Source: Podarcis muralis | Taxonomy: Eukaryota | Reading direction: 5' to 3' | Length of the DNA stretch: 64,000 nt | Assembly: GCF_964188315.1 (NCBI RefSeq) | Contig: NC_135658.1 | Span: 99,262,001 to 99,326,000 of the forward strand | In this document: one piece after another, positions 51,849 through 63,253 of the stretch | How positions within the stretch are numbered: position 1 is the first letter of the stretch | How the letters are laid out: every line of letters starts with the position of its first letter | Notes under the pieces: model-generated | Told to the model about the DNA's origin: nothing | What the model saw: only the letters and a program-made list of their open reading frames with translations | Databases searched by the model: none | Position numbers and translations under genes: made by a program

Positions 51849-51929
51849 GGTTAAGGTTGTGAAACATCAATAGTGCATTCAACTGCTAAATGGACACCTT
51901 TGGATTTCACCCCCTTAAGCTTTAGTTTT

Positions 51930-52195
51930 CTTAACAGTGCCTAACACTTTGGGATTATGGCCACTAACCATAATGGCCACTATCCCACCCACAGAGATAG
52001 AATTCTCAGAGTTCCCAGTGTCAAGGGATTGATTGTGGAAGCACTCTTGAAATTGTAGCTCAGGGAGGTGAGTAAGAGTTGCCTAATAACTTTCAGCACC
52101 CCTAGGAAACAACAGGACCAGTGATTCTTTGCCATGGGAAACCATGGCTATTTAAAATGGTATGATACTGCTTTAAATGGATAATGTAGATGGGG
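51930..52195. mobile_element. Degenerate palindromic non-autonomous DNA element
   Basis: Internally inverted segments (cacagagatagaattctcagag / ctcttgaaattgtagctcag) typical of a squamate MITE family. Termini eroded. Confidence 0.45.
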
Positions 52196-54396
52196 GAAGA
52201 GTTAGCTGATGTCCCTGTTCAGCAAACTGGTGGACTTTTTTGTAAACCACTTTGAGTTTTTGTTTGTTTGTTTTTAACAATCAAGCAGTGTTTACATTTT
52301 ATGAAATAAAAATAAATAAATAAATAAAAAATGTGGTGGGCAGCACTGTTAATTATGGGATGCAAATTGGCCTGTATGCAGGACACACATTCCTACACTA
52401 GATGTATTACCCTTCAGTATCCCATGGTGACGTATTACAAACTGATTTTAAAAGTCCCCTAAGTTTCGAAAATGGTTTGTCAGGTGGTATAGGAGGTGGT
52501 TTTTGAGATGAGGGTCACAGTTTAAGAAATCACAGTTGCCAGCTCCTTTGCTGAACTACCGTATTGATGAATCAGAAATAATGGATATTTATCTCATAAA
52601 TACCATTGCTGATCCACATAGTTAATCCTTACTGGTAAATGTATGTTTTTCGCTCCATATCCCTGTAGACAAATTCTACAATGATAGCTAAACAGTGTAA
52701 CATGGGCATGTCTTTTGATAGAATAATATTTGGTAATACTTATTTCCATGACCTTTAATAGAAAGTTATATAGTTTGATGCTGAATAGATTTAACCCACC
52801 TAAATCAAGAGCAGATGGTTGCTTGCCTCAACCAAGACTTCAAAAGGGAAGAAAAATTCTTTCCCCATTTACTGTGAGACCTCTCATTCCTAATCCACAT
52901 GCTGTTTTTATAGTAGTAGAATAATGTGTAATAAATTCATAGATTAAACAGCACTCTATCCAAGTATAATCAATCAAAAATGACAGCTGATTGATTTCTT
53001 TTGTAAATGAGAATATACTTATTGTTTAATTGATTTCAGCATTCTCCAAAAGGTGATTTGAAAGTCATAATTCAAATGCAGCTTAGCTGTAGTTTTAGTA
53101 AGATTTTTACATAAATAAAAAATGTTACTTTTGACAATGCTGATCGTTTCTTCCTTTCTCTTTTTTTAAACTCTGTGACAAGGACATTTATAAGACTCAT
53201 TTTGTCTAGAAAGGATACTACAATTTGCATGTTCATCAAGAGGTTTATGTTTTAAAACTCCAGGAACATTTCCCCACTTAGATACATCCTGTTAAAACAT
53301 AACTTTGAATGAACATCTGAGTGTAAGTTATATCGTTAGGAAAAGGAATCTCCCTTGGGTCTTGTGACTGTAGAATTTAGGTACCATAAAAAGCAAGAAA
53401 CAGATGGCAAAGCAACACAAAAGCATTTTAAAATAAACATTAATACAAGTTGGGATACACATCTTATTAGGAATGCAGTTTTAATCATATTAACTGTTGT
53501 TGACATTGCTACTTCAACTGCTTCATGGGGCTTGATGGAGAAAAATCCCTAATTAATGTGGAATATGATGCATGTACAGTATTAACATATATTATTTACT
53601 TTAAAAGAGTCCTTTTTTAAAAAAAAAGATAGTACTACATTGCGTTCAGAAAACAAACTCAATAAATATTTCCAATTACTCCCATATCTTCCATCTGTTT
53701 GTTGCAAATGCTTTGCCATTTTCTTATTCAAAAATATTCTAGCATATAACAAGGTGGTCTTTAATTCTTTTTCAGGGTAGAATGCTACCATTCAAGTCAA
53801 TGAATAACCATTTTAACTGACAATCTAAGCATGCCACAACAAATATCCTGACCTGAGAGACACTGGACTCAGACCTTTACACCTGGAGCTCTGATATGCT
53901 CTCCACTGCATGTCTTTGCAAAATGGTTTCCCTCATTTATTTCAGTGACATAAAGACTGCATCACTTGTCAGCAACAGACTCTAAAGTCGGCCCTCATTT
54001 TCTGTCAGATTTTTATGACTGTTGGCATTGTAAAATTCTTTTCTTTACAACAATCACTTTGCATTGACTTATGGCACACTGGTTTCGTTAGCCATTTTGA
54101 ATAAACCAGTGGAAAGGCACGATATATATATATATTTTTAAAGAAATAACTTATAAGCATTGAAACTAATGAGCACATGAGTTACTCCATCATCCGTGTG
54201 ATGGAGGAACACTTTACATGCATGTGAAAGACTCAGTATTCCATTGATTTGTTTTCAACATTACCATCAGCTTCATGTGGTAAGGAAGTAAGGCCTCATT
54301 TTCTTTCCTCCACCAAAGCTTCTAGTGGGGTTGCAGTTTTGTAGATATCACCTGGGAAGCTTCAGCAACCCTCTCTGTGCCAAGTGAAGAGAGTTA

Positions 54397-54655
54397 CCGT
54401 ATTTTTTGCTCTATAAGACTCACTTTTTCCCTCCTAAAAAGTAAGGGGGAATGTGTGTGCGTCTTATGGAGCGAATGCAGGCTGCGCAGCTATCCCAGAA
54501 GCCAGAACAGCAAGAGGGATTGCTGCTTTCACTGTGCAGCGATCCCTCTTGCTGTTCTGGCTTCTGAGATTCAGAATATTTTTTTTCTTGTTTTCCTCCT
54601 CCAAAAACTAGGTGCGTTTTGTGGTCTGGTGCGTCTTATAGAGAGAAAAATACGG
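54397..54655. mobile_element. Tc2/pogo-like MITE with internal hairpin
   Basis: TA|CCGTATTTTTTGCTCTATAAGAC...GTCTTATAGAGAGAAAAATACGG|TA (about 23-bp TIR). CCGTATTT termini are typical of TcMar-Tc2. 31-bp internal inverted repeat at 54496-54566. Confidence 0.88.
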
Positions 54656-57600
54656 TAGGCCATGACAGACTAACAATGCAAAAATGGCTCTCAGGCATCC
54701 CAAGTAACATATAAAGCCCCCTTAATTCTGCACAACGTAGATCAGCAGTGAGACCCCTTGAGCTGAGAGGGGCTTACTTCTGCATGCACATGCAGCCCCT
54801 ATTCATCTATATCTATCTAAATATAAAATAATGGAGATTGTTAACACTTAAATCATAAACTTTGTCACAACTCATATCAAGTTGGTATTGGTCAACTCAT
54901 CATATTAATACTTTTGTCGCTAATGGCTTTCCATATATTCAGGGAAAAAAATGTGTTCTGGGATATATAGATTAGATTAGATGACACTCATGGTGCTTCA
55001 CAATGAATTACGGGGGAGGCTGAGATTTGAATTTAGTATATCAGAATGGGAAGATAGTGTATGTTTGCAATCTATTTCTCCAAGCTGCAACAAGATTAAG
55101 ATTACAATTTTTATGAAATATTGATGCCATTGCTGAGACACTTTTGGACAATTCAGAGTTAAAAATGAGCATGTTATTTGCATTAAAAAACATCTGTATA
55201 CATCTCGAAGTGACAGGTGTGCTTATGCACTGCAGAAATGTGCCTCTGAGTGACAGGAGCCTTGAAACGTTGTTTATGTGTTTAGCTCCCAGTATCAAGG
55301 ACATTATTTAGTAGGAAGCTCTCATGTTAACACCATTAATAGCATCTTCACCAACATTTATAATCCCATCCTAAAGAGCATCATTTCCTTCTTTTTTTGA
55401 AGTGAGAGCAAGGTTCCCTTAGCCTTAGCGCATGACTTTCTGCTCATGCTATTGAAAGTTAAAAGGTATCTGGTTAAAACAGTCATTCCCAAGTTAAAGA
55501 AACAGATTAATTGATGAGAAGTTCTGCATTGAAAACATGAAGGAGTATACTTTTTCTTTGTTTCTTTCCTATGGTAGTTGTTGTCATTGTCGCAAAATCC
55601 TGCTTGCATTTTTCTATTATTAAAATGAATGTCAACACACAGAAAGGTATGTTCACGCTGTCACATCGCATCTGAACTTTGTTTTGCAGGGAGAAGCCTT
55701 CGGTGATTTGATCACCTGTCAGAAGTGTCTCTGTGAAATGTCTTGTAGAGCCTTCAGTTCTTTTTCCGTTACCATCTGTGAAGCAAAAGAACAAAGCCCC
55801 CCTTGCCAACAAAGTATGCCGGAATAGAAGAATTCAACAGACATTCAGGTGGGGGCTTTGCTGTCCATGTGGAAATCTTCTGCTATCAATGCTGCCCCCC
55901 CTCCCCATATAGCCATTATCATTACTTGTAAAACTGTGATTATACAGCCAATATGTCTGAATTAAACACAGCTTTCCAATGTTTTTCCATATTTATCCTC
56001 CCCTGCTTCCTTTTCATAGATGGATAACAGTCTGGATCTCTCTACAACAACAGCCTGCCTGTTGTTGTTGTAGAGAGGTATTTTAAATCAAACCATATGA
56101 TGACATCTTCTAACCTGCCTTTCAGCACATGCATGGTCAATATAGGCATAACAATGTTCTGAAGTGTTATGTTACTTAGGTATCTTCTTGCCAGGCCCCA
56201 GGAGGTCCTCTCAGATGCAGAGGGTAGTGCCAGTCCCAGCTGAGACTCAAACTGGAGGCTTCCTGATGCCCATGGTGGCAACTCACCTGAAGACAGAGAA
56301 TCGAGGGGAAAGGAGCAGTATGGTTTGACTCCCCCTCTGCCTCCAATCTACATTATGAATGATTTCGGGTCAGCATAGGGCTTTGCCTTTGAAACAAATG
56401 ATTGTCTTGCTTCTGTGCTTCCTTAGTCACATACCAGAAGCAACCTGGCAGCCAGTGTGATCTTCTTCTACCTCTCTGACTTCAGCTTGCCTCTCTCCAT
56501 TTGCCCCCATCATGCAGTTCCCCAGTCCTGACATCCTCATGTAGGCATTGAGTGTATCTGTAGGGGAAGCTATGTTTGACTGTGTGTGTGATTATGCTAT
56601 GTGTTTGGGGGGTTTTGTATTGTAAAACGCCCTGTGATCCTCGGATGAAGAGCATTATAGAAATTTAACAACAACAGCAGCATGAATAGTGATATGTGTG
56701 CATAGATTCCCCCCCCCCCCATCTTTCTGTGTCCATGTGCGGATGGGGCTAGTTGGAGTGTGTGATGTTCGGGCAGGGGCAGGAGGTGTGGCTTTACCTC
56801 CCATTCAATGTGTAGATTCCCTTTAACCTGTGTCAGGCACATGGAGGACTAACAGGTGCATAAAAAGACGGAATAACATTTTCTGGGTGATATAATACTG
56901 CTGTTTGCATAACGATGAGGGCACTTTGCTGTGATATGTGCTTCTCTGAGCAACAAATGAGTAACAGCTGCTCCCCTTTTTTGCCTAAAAGTTCTACAGC
57001 CAAATGAGCCCCACATTTGGATATTTAAAGGTAGAGCTTGATTTGACAAAATGGCAGCCCTCTGTTGAGTTCCCTTCTCCTTTTCCCATTATGTGAAGCA
57101 ATGGAAGCATGTGATGTGACATCATCACATTGTCCATTTCCCTGCCTACACCCTCTGGAAATGAATAAGGAAGAGCATCACCACATCATACATTTCCATT
57201 CTAACACATCATGGTGGACAAGAGGGGAAACTTGACATAGTTTGCTCTTTTGCAGGGTGTTTGACCTGTATTTGTTAAACAGAAACTTGCACCCAACTTG
57301 GTGCATTCTTATCTTTAGGTTATAGTAAAATACAGTAGTGGGTTGCTTAAAAGAAATGTGTTCATTGAAAGAGCTCGTGCCAAATGCCTTGACTGTGCAT
57401 CTACAGCCACCTTCCGGATTTTTTAATGTGAAATCAACATTCAAATAGGATTCTCTTTATTTAAATTAGACTTATTAGAAATTTAAAGCAGATGAAGACA
57501 CTTTCAATAAAATGAATAAATAATTAAGGCAAATCTGTATACTTGTCAGAAGTTCCATATTAAGAATTAGGAGAAGAGAGACAGCTTCCTGACAGTTCTG

Positions 57601-58852
57601 TCCCATTTTTTTTTTTAAATCAAGAAAGGTAAATTTAAAGAGAGAGAGCGAAAGAAATAGTGTGTGTATGAGAGAAGCTTGATGTTCTTTTCAAGTTTGC
57701 TTGATCAAACCCCAAACCCCAAAATGGTGCCAGATAACTTCGCTGATAATAATCATAGCCTTTAATCACAGATAAAAAAAGAGAGTGAAGCGATGCAACT
57801 TTATTTATTTATTTGCTTGCTTATTTATTTATTTTATCAGGCAGGAGGGGAGAAAAGAAAAGAGTGAGAGCGAGAGTGAGAGTCAAGACTTTATGCTTCA
57901 AGCAGTTTTAAGCATTGATCTGGTTTGTGAAATACAATAACAGATTGCATGTTAGAAACTGGTCAGTAGGCAATGCATTGTCAGCAAACTTAGACAATAA
58001 TCCTTTGAGTGTTGGAGCACTGCAGCCGTTAATAACAGAGCTTGTTAGCTAAAAGCTGGCAAAGCCTCAAGTATTTAAGAGGATTACTGCTATAAACCAT
58101 ATTAATTTTTTTCCAAAAAAAAATCTCCCTCTTTAACATTCAGAGCCATTGTCATACTTTGTGACGAGCTCCATTTTTTTATTTCAATATTTTTTAAAAT
58201 TAGTTTCTGTGTTGGTAATGGATCCAATATTGTATGGGGCATTTTTGTTGTTGTTTTTAAAGAAATTGGGTATCTGGTTCTCTTGAATGGCAATGGAAAT
58301 CAAAGATCTAACTCACTTTCAACTCAGAGCCAGTAACTGAAGCTGATCTAGAAGTGCTCACCTTTCTTGAAATTTGTTTTCTCTGTTCTGAGCATTTGTT
58401 TGGGGGTGCACCCAAACTGCTTGCCCATAAACCATTGTTACAACATATTGGAGAACATGAAGCATACTGGGACACTGTTGAGCCACATTGCCAAAAGCTA
58501 ATATGTGGCCTGGCTTATCATTACGTCTAAATGTTGGCTTGTGGTTTCTTTCACCAAAACAAGCCATGAGAACAAACCTTGGATACTACTTGGGGGTTGT
58601 TTGGGGAGAACAATCCATGAGCCCAGATTCAGATGCTCAGGAAAAGGGCTCTAAGTCAGTGACAGCTCATGCTTTGAATGCAAAGTCTCCCAGTTTCAAT
58701 CTTAGGTATCCCTTGGTAGGACTAGGAAAGATTCCATTCTGAAACCCTAGAAAGTGACTACCAGTCCGTCTCAGTGTAGACCAGAGCTTGGCAGCCTTTA
58801 GGCTTGTGCAATCTACCTTTCTTTCATTACAGCCACAAGGTCCACCAAGCAG

Positions 58853-59364
58853 TTGTCGTTGTTGTTTAGTCGTTTAGTCGTTTCCGACTCTTCGTGACCC
58901 CATGGACCAGAGCACGCCAGGCACTCCTGTCTTCCAATGCCTCCTGCAGTTTGGTTAAACTCATGCTGGTAGCTTCAAGAACACTATCCAACCATCTCGT
59001 CTTCTGTCGTCCCCTTCTCCTTGTGCCCTCCATCTTTCCCAACATCAGGGTCTTTTCCAGGGAGTCTTCTCTTCTCATGAGGTGGCCAAAGTATTGGAGC
59101 CTCAGCTTCAGGATCTGTCCTTCCAGTGAGCACTCAGGGCTGATTTCCTTCAGAATGGATAGGTTGGATCTTCTTGCAGTCCATGGGACTCTCAAGAGTC
59201 TCCTCCAGCACCATAATTCAAAAGCATCAATTCTTCGGCGATCAGCCTTCTTTATGGTCCAGCTCTCACTTCCATACATCACTACTGGGAAAATCATAGC
59301 TTTTACTATATGGACCTTTGTTGGCAAGGTGATGTCTCTGCTTTTTAAGATGCTGTCTAGGTTT
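58853..59364 (-). mobile_element. Bov-B LINE 3' fragment
   Basis: Minus ORF NLDSILKSRDITLPTKVHIVKAMIFPVVMYGSESW...GVTKSRKRLND*. (AAC)n tail. 7-bp TSD caagcag (58846-58852, 59367-59373). Confidence 0.95.
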
Positions 59365-59717
59365 CTCAAGCAGAGAGATGTGCAAAATAATGGCTCTGAT
59401 GAGAGGACACATAGAAGAATTGAGGAAAGTTCATTTTTGAGCACATGCTCCGCTCAGATTTGGACAAAAATCCACTCCTCGTTTTCCACCAAGCTTTTTT
59501 TGCTTCAACAGCCTGATTTAGAGAGGTAGGTGGGAACCTTTTCGTTGTAGCCACTGTTAGACCATGGGGAGTCAGAAACCCCAGACTCCCTACTTCAGAT
59601 CACCCAGAGTTCTACTGGCCGATCCAAATCTACCTTCTCTTTGCTCCTGATGTGGACAAAGCTGAGTGAGATGGATCAATGGCCTTACAAAGCACCTTCC
59701 TATGCTACAGCGGTCAA

Positions 59718-59910
59718 CGGGTTGCCACCTTTGCCTGGGGAAAATAAGGGACCGGTTGGGCAAAGTACGGGAGAAGTAGGGGGAAATCTTTTAGATATTC
59801 TCTGCCACTGGCAGGATAATGATGACTTCAAAAATGTATCAAATGGGTAGGGGACTCTTTGCCCCTCAAAATGAGACAATCCCGTATTTTAAGGGACGGG
59901 TGGCGACCCT
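59718..59910. mobile_element. Short hAT-like element (GGGTTGCCACC termini)
   Basis: Left gggttgccacc, right ggtggcgaccc (inverted, one mismatch). No clear 8-bp TSD. Confidence 0.5.
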
Positions 59911-60150
59911 ACACCAGTGTCCTCTGAAACCCTTAGAGGTTCGTTCCATGGCAGATGCTCTGGGGTTCCTTGACTGTGGAAAGGCTTCTCTGCTGGTAGA
60001 ATGTTCTAAAGCTGCTGCTATATTAATTGGTCTCCAGGGCATCCATGATATGAAACTATCGTATGTGAAACTCCTGCAGCCAACAATTAGAAGTGATTTT
60101 TAAAAGACTTGCTATGCTTTGTGTGAGTGGTTTTTTTAAAAAGTCACTTG

Positions 60151-60151
<1 letters not shown>

Positions 60152-60191
<40 letters not shown>
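60152..60191. repeat. (TA)20 microsatellite
   Basis: tatatata... Confidence 0.97.
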
Positions 60192-60192
<1 letters not shown>

Positions 60193-60356
60193 CGCAATCT
60201 TGGTAATAATTTAAAGGATACCGCCTTTGTTCAATTACTTCACAGACAAGGAACTTAATTGCTGCAGGGGGCTGTGGGATTCATTCAAAAACGAAGCCCA
60301 CCTTATTGTGTGATTTATGCAGCTGCTACATGTTACATTGGGGACATGTTACATTG

Positions 60357-60711
60357 GGGACACGGGTGGCGCTGTGGGTTAAACCACAGAGCCTAGGGCT
60401 TGCCGATCAGAAGGTTGGTGGTTCGAAACCCTGCGACAGGGTGAGCTCCCGTTGCTCGGTCCCTGCTCCTGCCAACCTAGCAGTTCAAAAGCACGTCAAA
60501 GTGCAAGTAAATAAATAGGTACCGCTCCGGCAGGAAGGTAAACGGCGTTTCGTGCGCTGCTCTGGTTCGCCAGAAGCGGCTTAGTCATGCTGGCCACATG
60601 ACCCGGAAGCTGTACACCGGCTCCCTTGGCCTATAGAGCGAGATGAGCGCGCAACCCCAGAGTCAGTAATGACTGGACCTAATGGTCAGGGGTCCCTTTA
60701 CCTTTACCTTT
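60357..60711 (+). mobile_element. Sauria SINE, subfamily A, full length
   Basis: gggacacgggtggcgctgtgggttaaacc...ggtccctttacctttaccttt. TSD tacatgttacattg (60327-60340, 60711-60724). Confidence 0.94.
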
Positions 60712-61094
60712 ACATGTTACATTGCATGATTGACAGTTAAAGTTTTTGCCATCTGCACTTTAATATTTAAATGTTCTCCTTCTAACCTTTACCTAAATGT
60801 AGAATGCTAGCAGGTCATGGAGAAAGCCCTTTCCCTGACTCGCTATGTTTCTATGTCCAGGGATATTTTTCTTTTCTTTTCATGGGGCTGAGGAACAGCT
60901 TTATCACTTGAGTCTGCTGATTAGTATAAATCACCAGAAGTTCTTCATATTCACTAAAGGCAACTTAAATAAAGATGCAAAGTTTCTTCTTTCTTTTTGA
61001 TAGCAAGTGAAACTTGCCTCTTAACTGTGCCTTCAGAGATTAGATTATAGGGTTGGCTTTTGAATAGATATCTATAGGCATGTGCTTTAACAAC

Positions 61095-61180
61095 GCAGTT
61101 ATCCTACACTTGTCTACCCAGAAATAAGTTCTATTAAGTTCAATGGGCTTACTCCCAGGTAAGTGGGTAGAGGATTTCAC
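61095..61180. mobile_element. About 85-bp palindromic MITE-like element
   Basis: atcctacacttgtctacccagaaataag...gggcttactcccaggtaagtgggtagaggat with inverted ends. Degenerate relatives at about 6150-6190, 6585-6635, 28010-28075, 47260-47335, and a split copy around the Bov-B at 33585-34108. Confidence 0.6.
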
Positions 61181-61339
61181 TGTAAGTGAGCAATTCTTGC
61201 TATTTGGGGGATTGTGGGTTTATGAGAGTGCTTTGTTTTAATTATCTTGCTGTTGCTAATATTTTGTTAAGATTTCTGGTTATTTTGGGGGGTTTATTTT
61301 TTTAGATGGTGGTTTTCATGGTGATTTGTTTTGAATGTA

Positions 61340-61739
61340 AATCAATCTTAAATTCACTTTTCAACATTTCTATGTCTGTTAGTGTGTGCGCGTGTTTTTT
61401 AAAATCCTCATGAAAATTCTGCAGCATTTTAGTTTTTTACACAATTTGGGATGCAATTTTGCCCAATTGGCACAATTGCACAAAGCAATTTCCCCAATAT
61501 AATACACTTTGCAGGCTGTTTTCACCAGTCTATCCATTTTTATGCACACTTAATGCTAGCATATGTACCGTATCTATTTTTTATTTTTATTTTTTACATT
61601 GCTTGGCTAGACATCTGCAATGCAACAATTCAGAGCATTTTTGTAGAATGTTTCGGCCTCACACCTTGTTTTGGAAAGCACAGATTAAGTAGGTTTACTT
61701 TTTAAATGCAAAGGGAGTCGACTCTTTTCACCATCCTAA
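61340..61739. mobile_element. Degenerate AT-rich DNA-transposon remnant (hAT-like)
   Basis: aaaatcctcatgaaaattctgcagcattttag...tttcggcctcacaccttgttttggaaagc...caccatcctaa resembles a common squamate non-autonomous element. Recognised from recall only. Confidence 0.5.
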
Positions 61740-62185
61740 CCATGGTCCACCCATGATTTGGGTACACTCTGCATGAGCAAAATAGTTTTACCTTCTTCAG
61801 GATGAGAAATTATATTTCTCCAAATTAGCATAATCATAAAGATATTAAAACCCAGCTCTTGTTAATGCCTACAATACCTCAGGGGGAAAAAAAGAGACAA
61901 TAAAAGATGAAGCTTCATATTATGAATATGATTGTGTTGTCAGCCATTTCATGCTTTCCATAGCTCTATTGGCTCTGCTCTTGAATTCAGACAATGCCAT
62001 TGGCAGCCAGGGTAATTTTCAGCTCACTCTTCATGACAAATGGAAGCAGAGAACAGCAGTGAGACACCTTTGTGTAAGTGCTAAAATTGATTGTGAAAGA
62101 CTCGCCTCCCTTCTCGCCAAACAAGGAAAGGGGTGTTTATGTAAAGCTGCAACTTGAAATGAATCTTCATTAACAGAATTGAGAT

Positions 62186-63188
62186 AGAAAGCGACATAAA
62201 GGGATTCCCTTCCCCCCTCTTTCACCTGCAGAAATGAACTTGGGAGGGTATTGATGGATACAGCTGAACAAACAAGTAAAAAGCATCTGGTTTTTCTGAT
62301 CGACATCTATTTTGAGATACTATTGATAACTAAATTGAAAGCAATAGCGAATACATCAGGAATAAGGAAGGAAGGAAGAAGTCATGGCTGAGTAGGGTGG
62401 ATTGATAATACTTTTCACTTTTATACTGAGGTCACAACGGATTTATCCACCAGCTTGAATAAGATAGATGAGGGCAGCTCAATTTAATCTAGAATGTTAA
62501 TTGTTCAGTGCATTTGCAAAGGCAGAAACTGTAGGCTTGTACAGACAGTCAAACAGGGTAGAAATTAATGTTTGTGGGGGCGGGGTGGAGAAAATAGGAT
62601 TGAGTCTGATGATTCCACCCGAACCTTCACACATTGATCAGGACTTGAGCTCAATAAATGATGTGCATCTATAACCTTGCGGGCAGGCCCTTTAAATATA
62701 GAAAGGAGTAACATGGAACCTGGCACTCAAAAGAAGTGTGTTTTTACTGCCCTGTCTGTGCTTTTGCCCCTCAAATTGACAGCAGTCTTGCTCAGCCTCC
62801 TTGTTGGTTTTGCAAGGTGTGTTGATTCGTTTACTTCAAACCCATCTCTCCTGCTCATTCTGCTGACTTGGGGACCAGACATCTGCCCTTAAGTCCCAAG
62901 AGCACCCCTGGGTAGCAGGCCCTCTAAGTCTGCACTGTTGAGTAAAGTGCTGTGTTGCAGAGGAGTGACAGCCTGAATCACAGCAATGGCCAGTTCAGTT
63001 AGGGACAGGGTGTGTGTGTGTATGTGTGTTAGAAAGGTACATAAGGGCTTTTTTCCTCTTTCACCTGTGGAAAAGAACTGGGAGTGTATTGATGGATATA
63101 GCTAGACAAGCAAGTGAAATGCATCTGGATTTCCTGATCAACATCTGTTTTGAGATACTATTGATACTTAATTAAAAGCAATAGTGAA

Positions 63189-63189
<1 letters not shown>
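62186..63189 (+). repeat. Diverged direct repeat pair (62186-62352 and 63031-63189)
   Basis: By-eye alignment of the 132-bp core (ttcacctg...gcaatagYgaat) gives about 19 differences (roughly 85% identity). Confidence 0.9.

Positions 63190-63250
<61 letters not shown>
63189..63250. repeat. Compound (TG)n(AG)n microsatellite
   Basis: tgtgtg...gagagaga. Confidence 0.97.

Positions 63251-63253
<3 letters not shown>

Noticed and set aside
55640-57632. Two AG|AAAG|GTA patterns (about 55643 and 57625) as 4-nt microexons
   Set aside because: Frameshifting length with poor pyrimidine tracts. Expected by chance in A-rich DNA.
3329-59529. 171-211 aa ORFs at 3329-3989, 33617-34132 and 58866-59529 as host genes
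   Set aside because: They are 5'-truncated Bov-B fragments and their stop-poor antisense frames. They lack the endonuclease and most of the RT, so they are not functional CDS.
1700-60440. tRNA-like A/B boxes (GGTTCGAATCC) as tRNA genes
   Set aside because: They are heads of tRNA-derived SINEs with a SINE body, tail and TSD, and form no complete cloverleaf.
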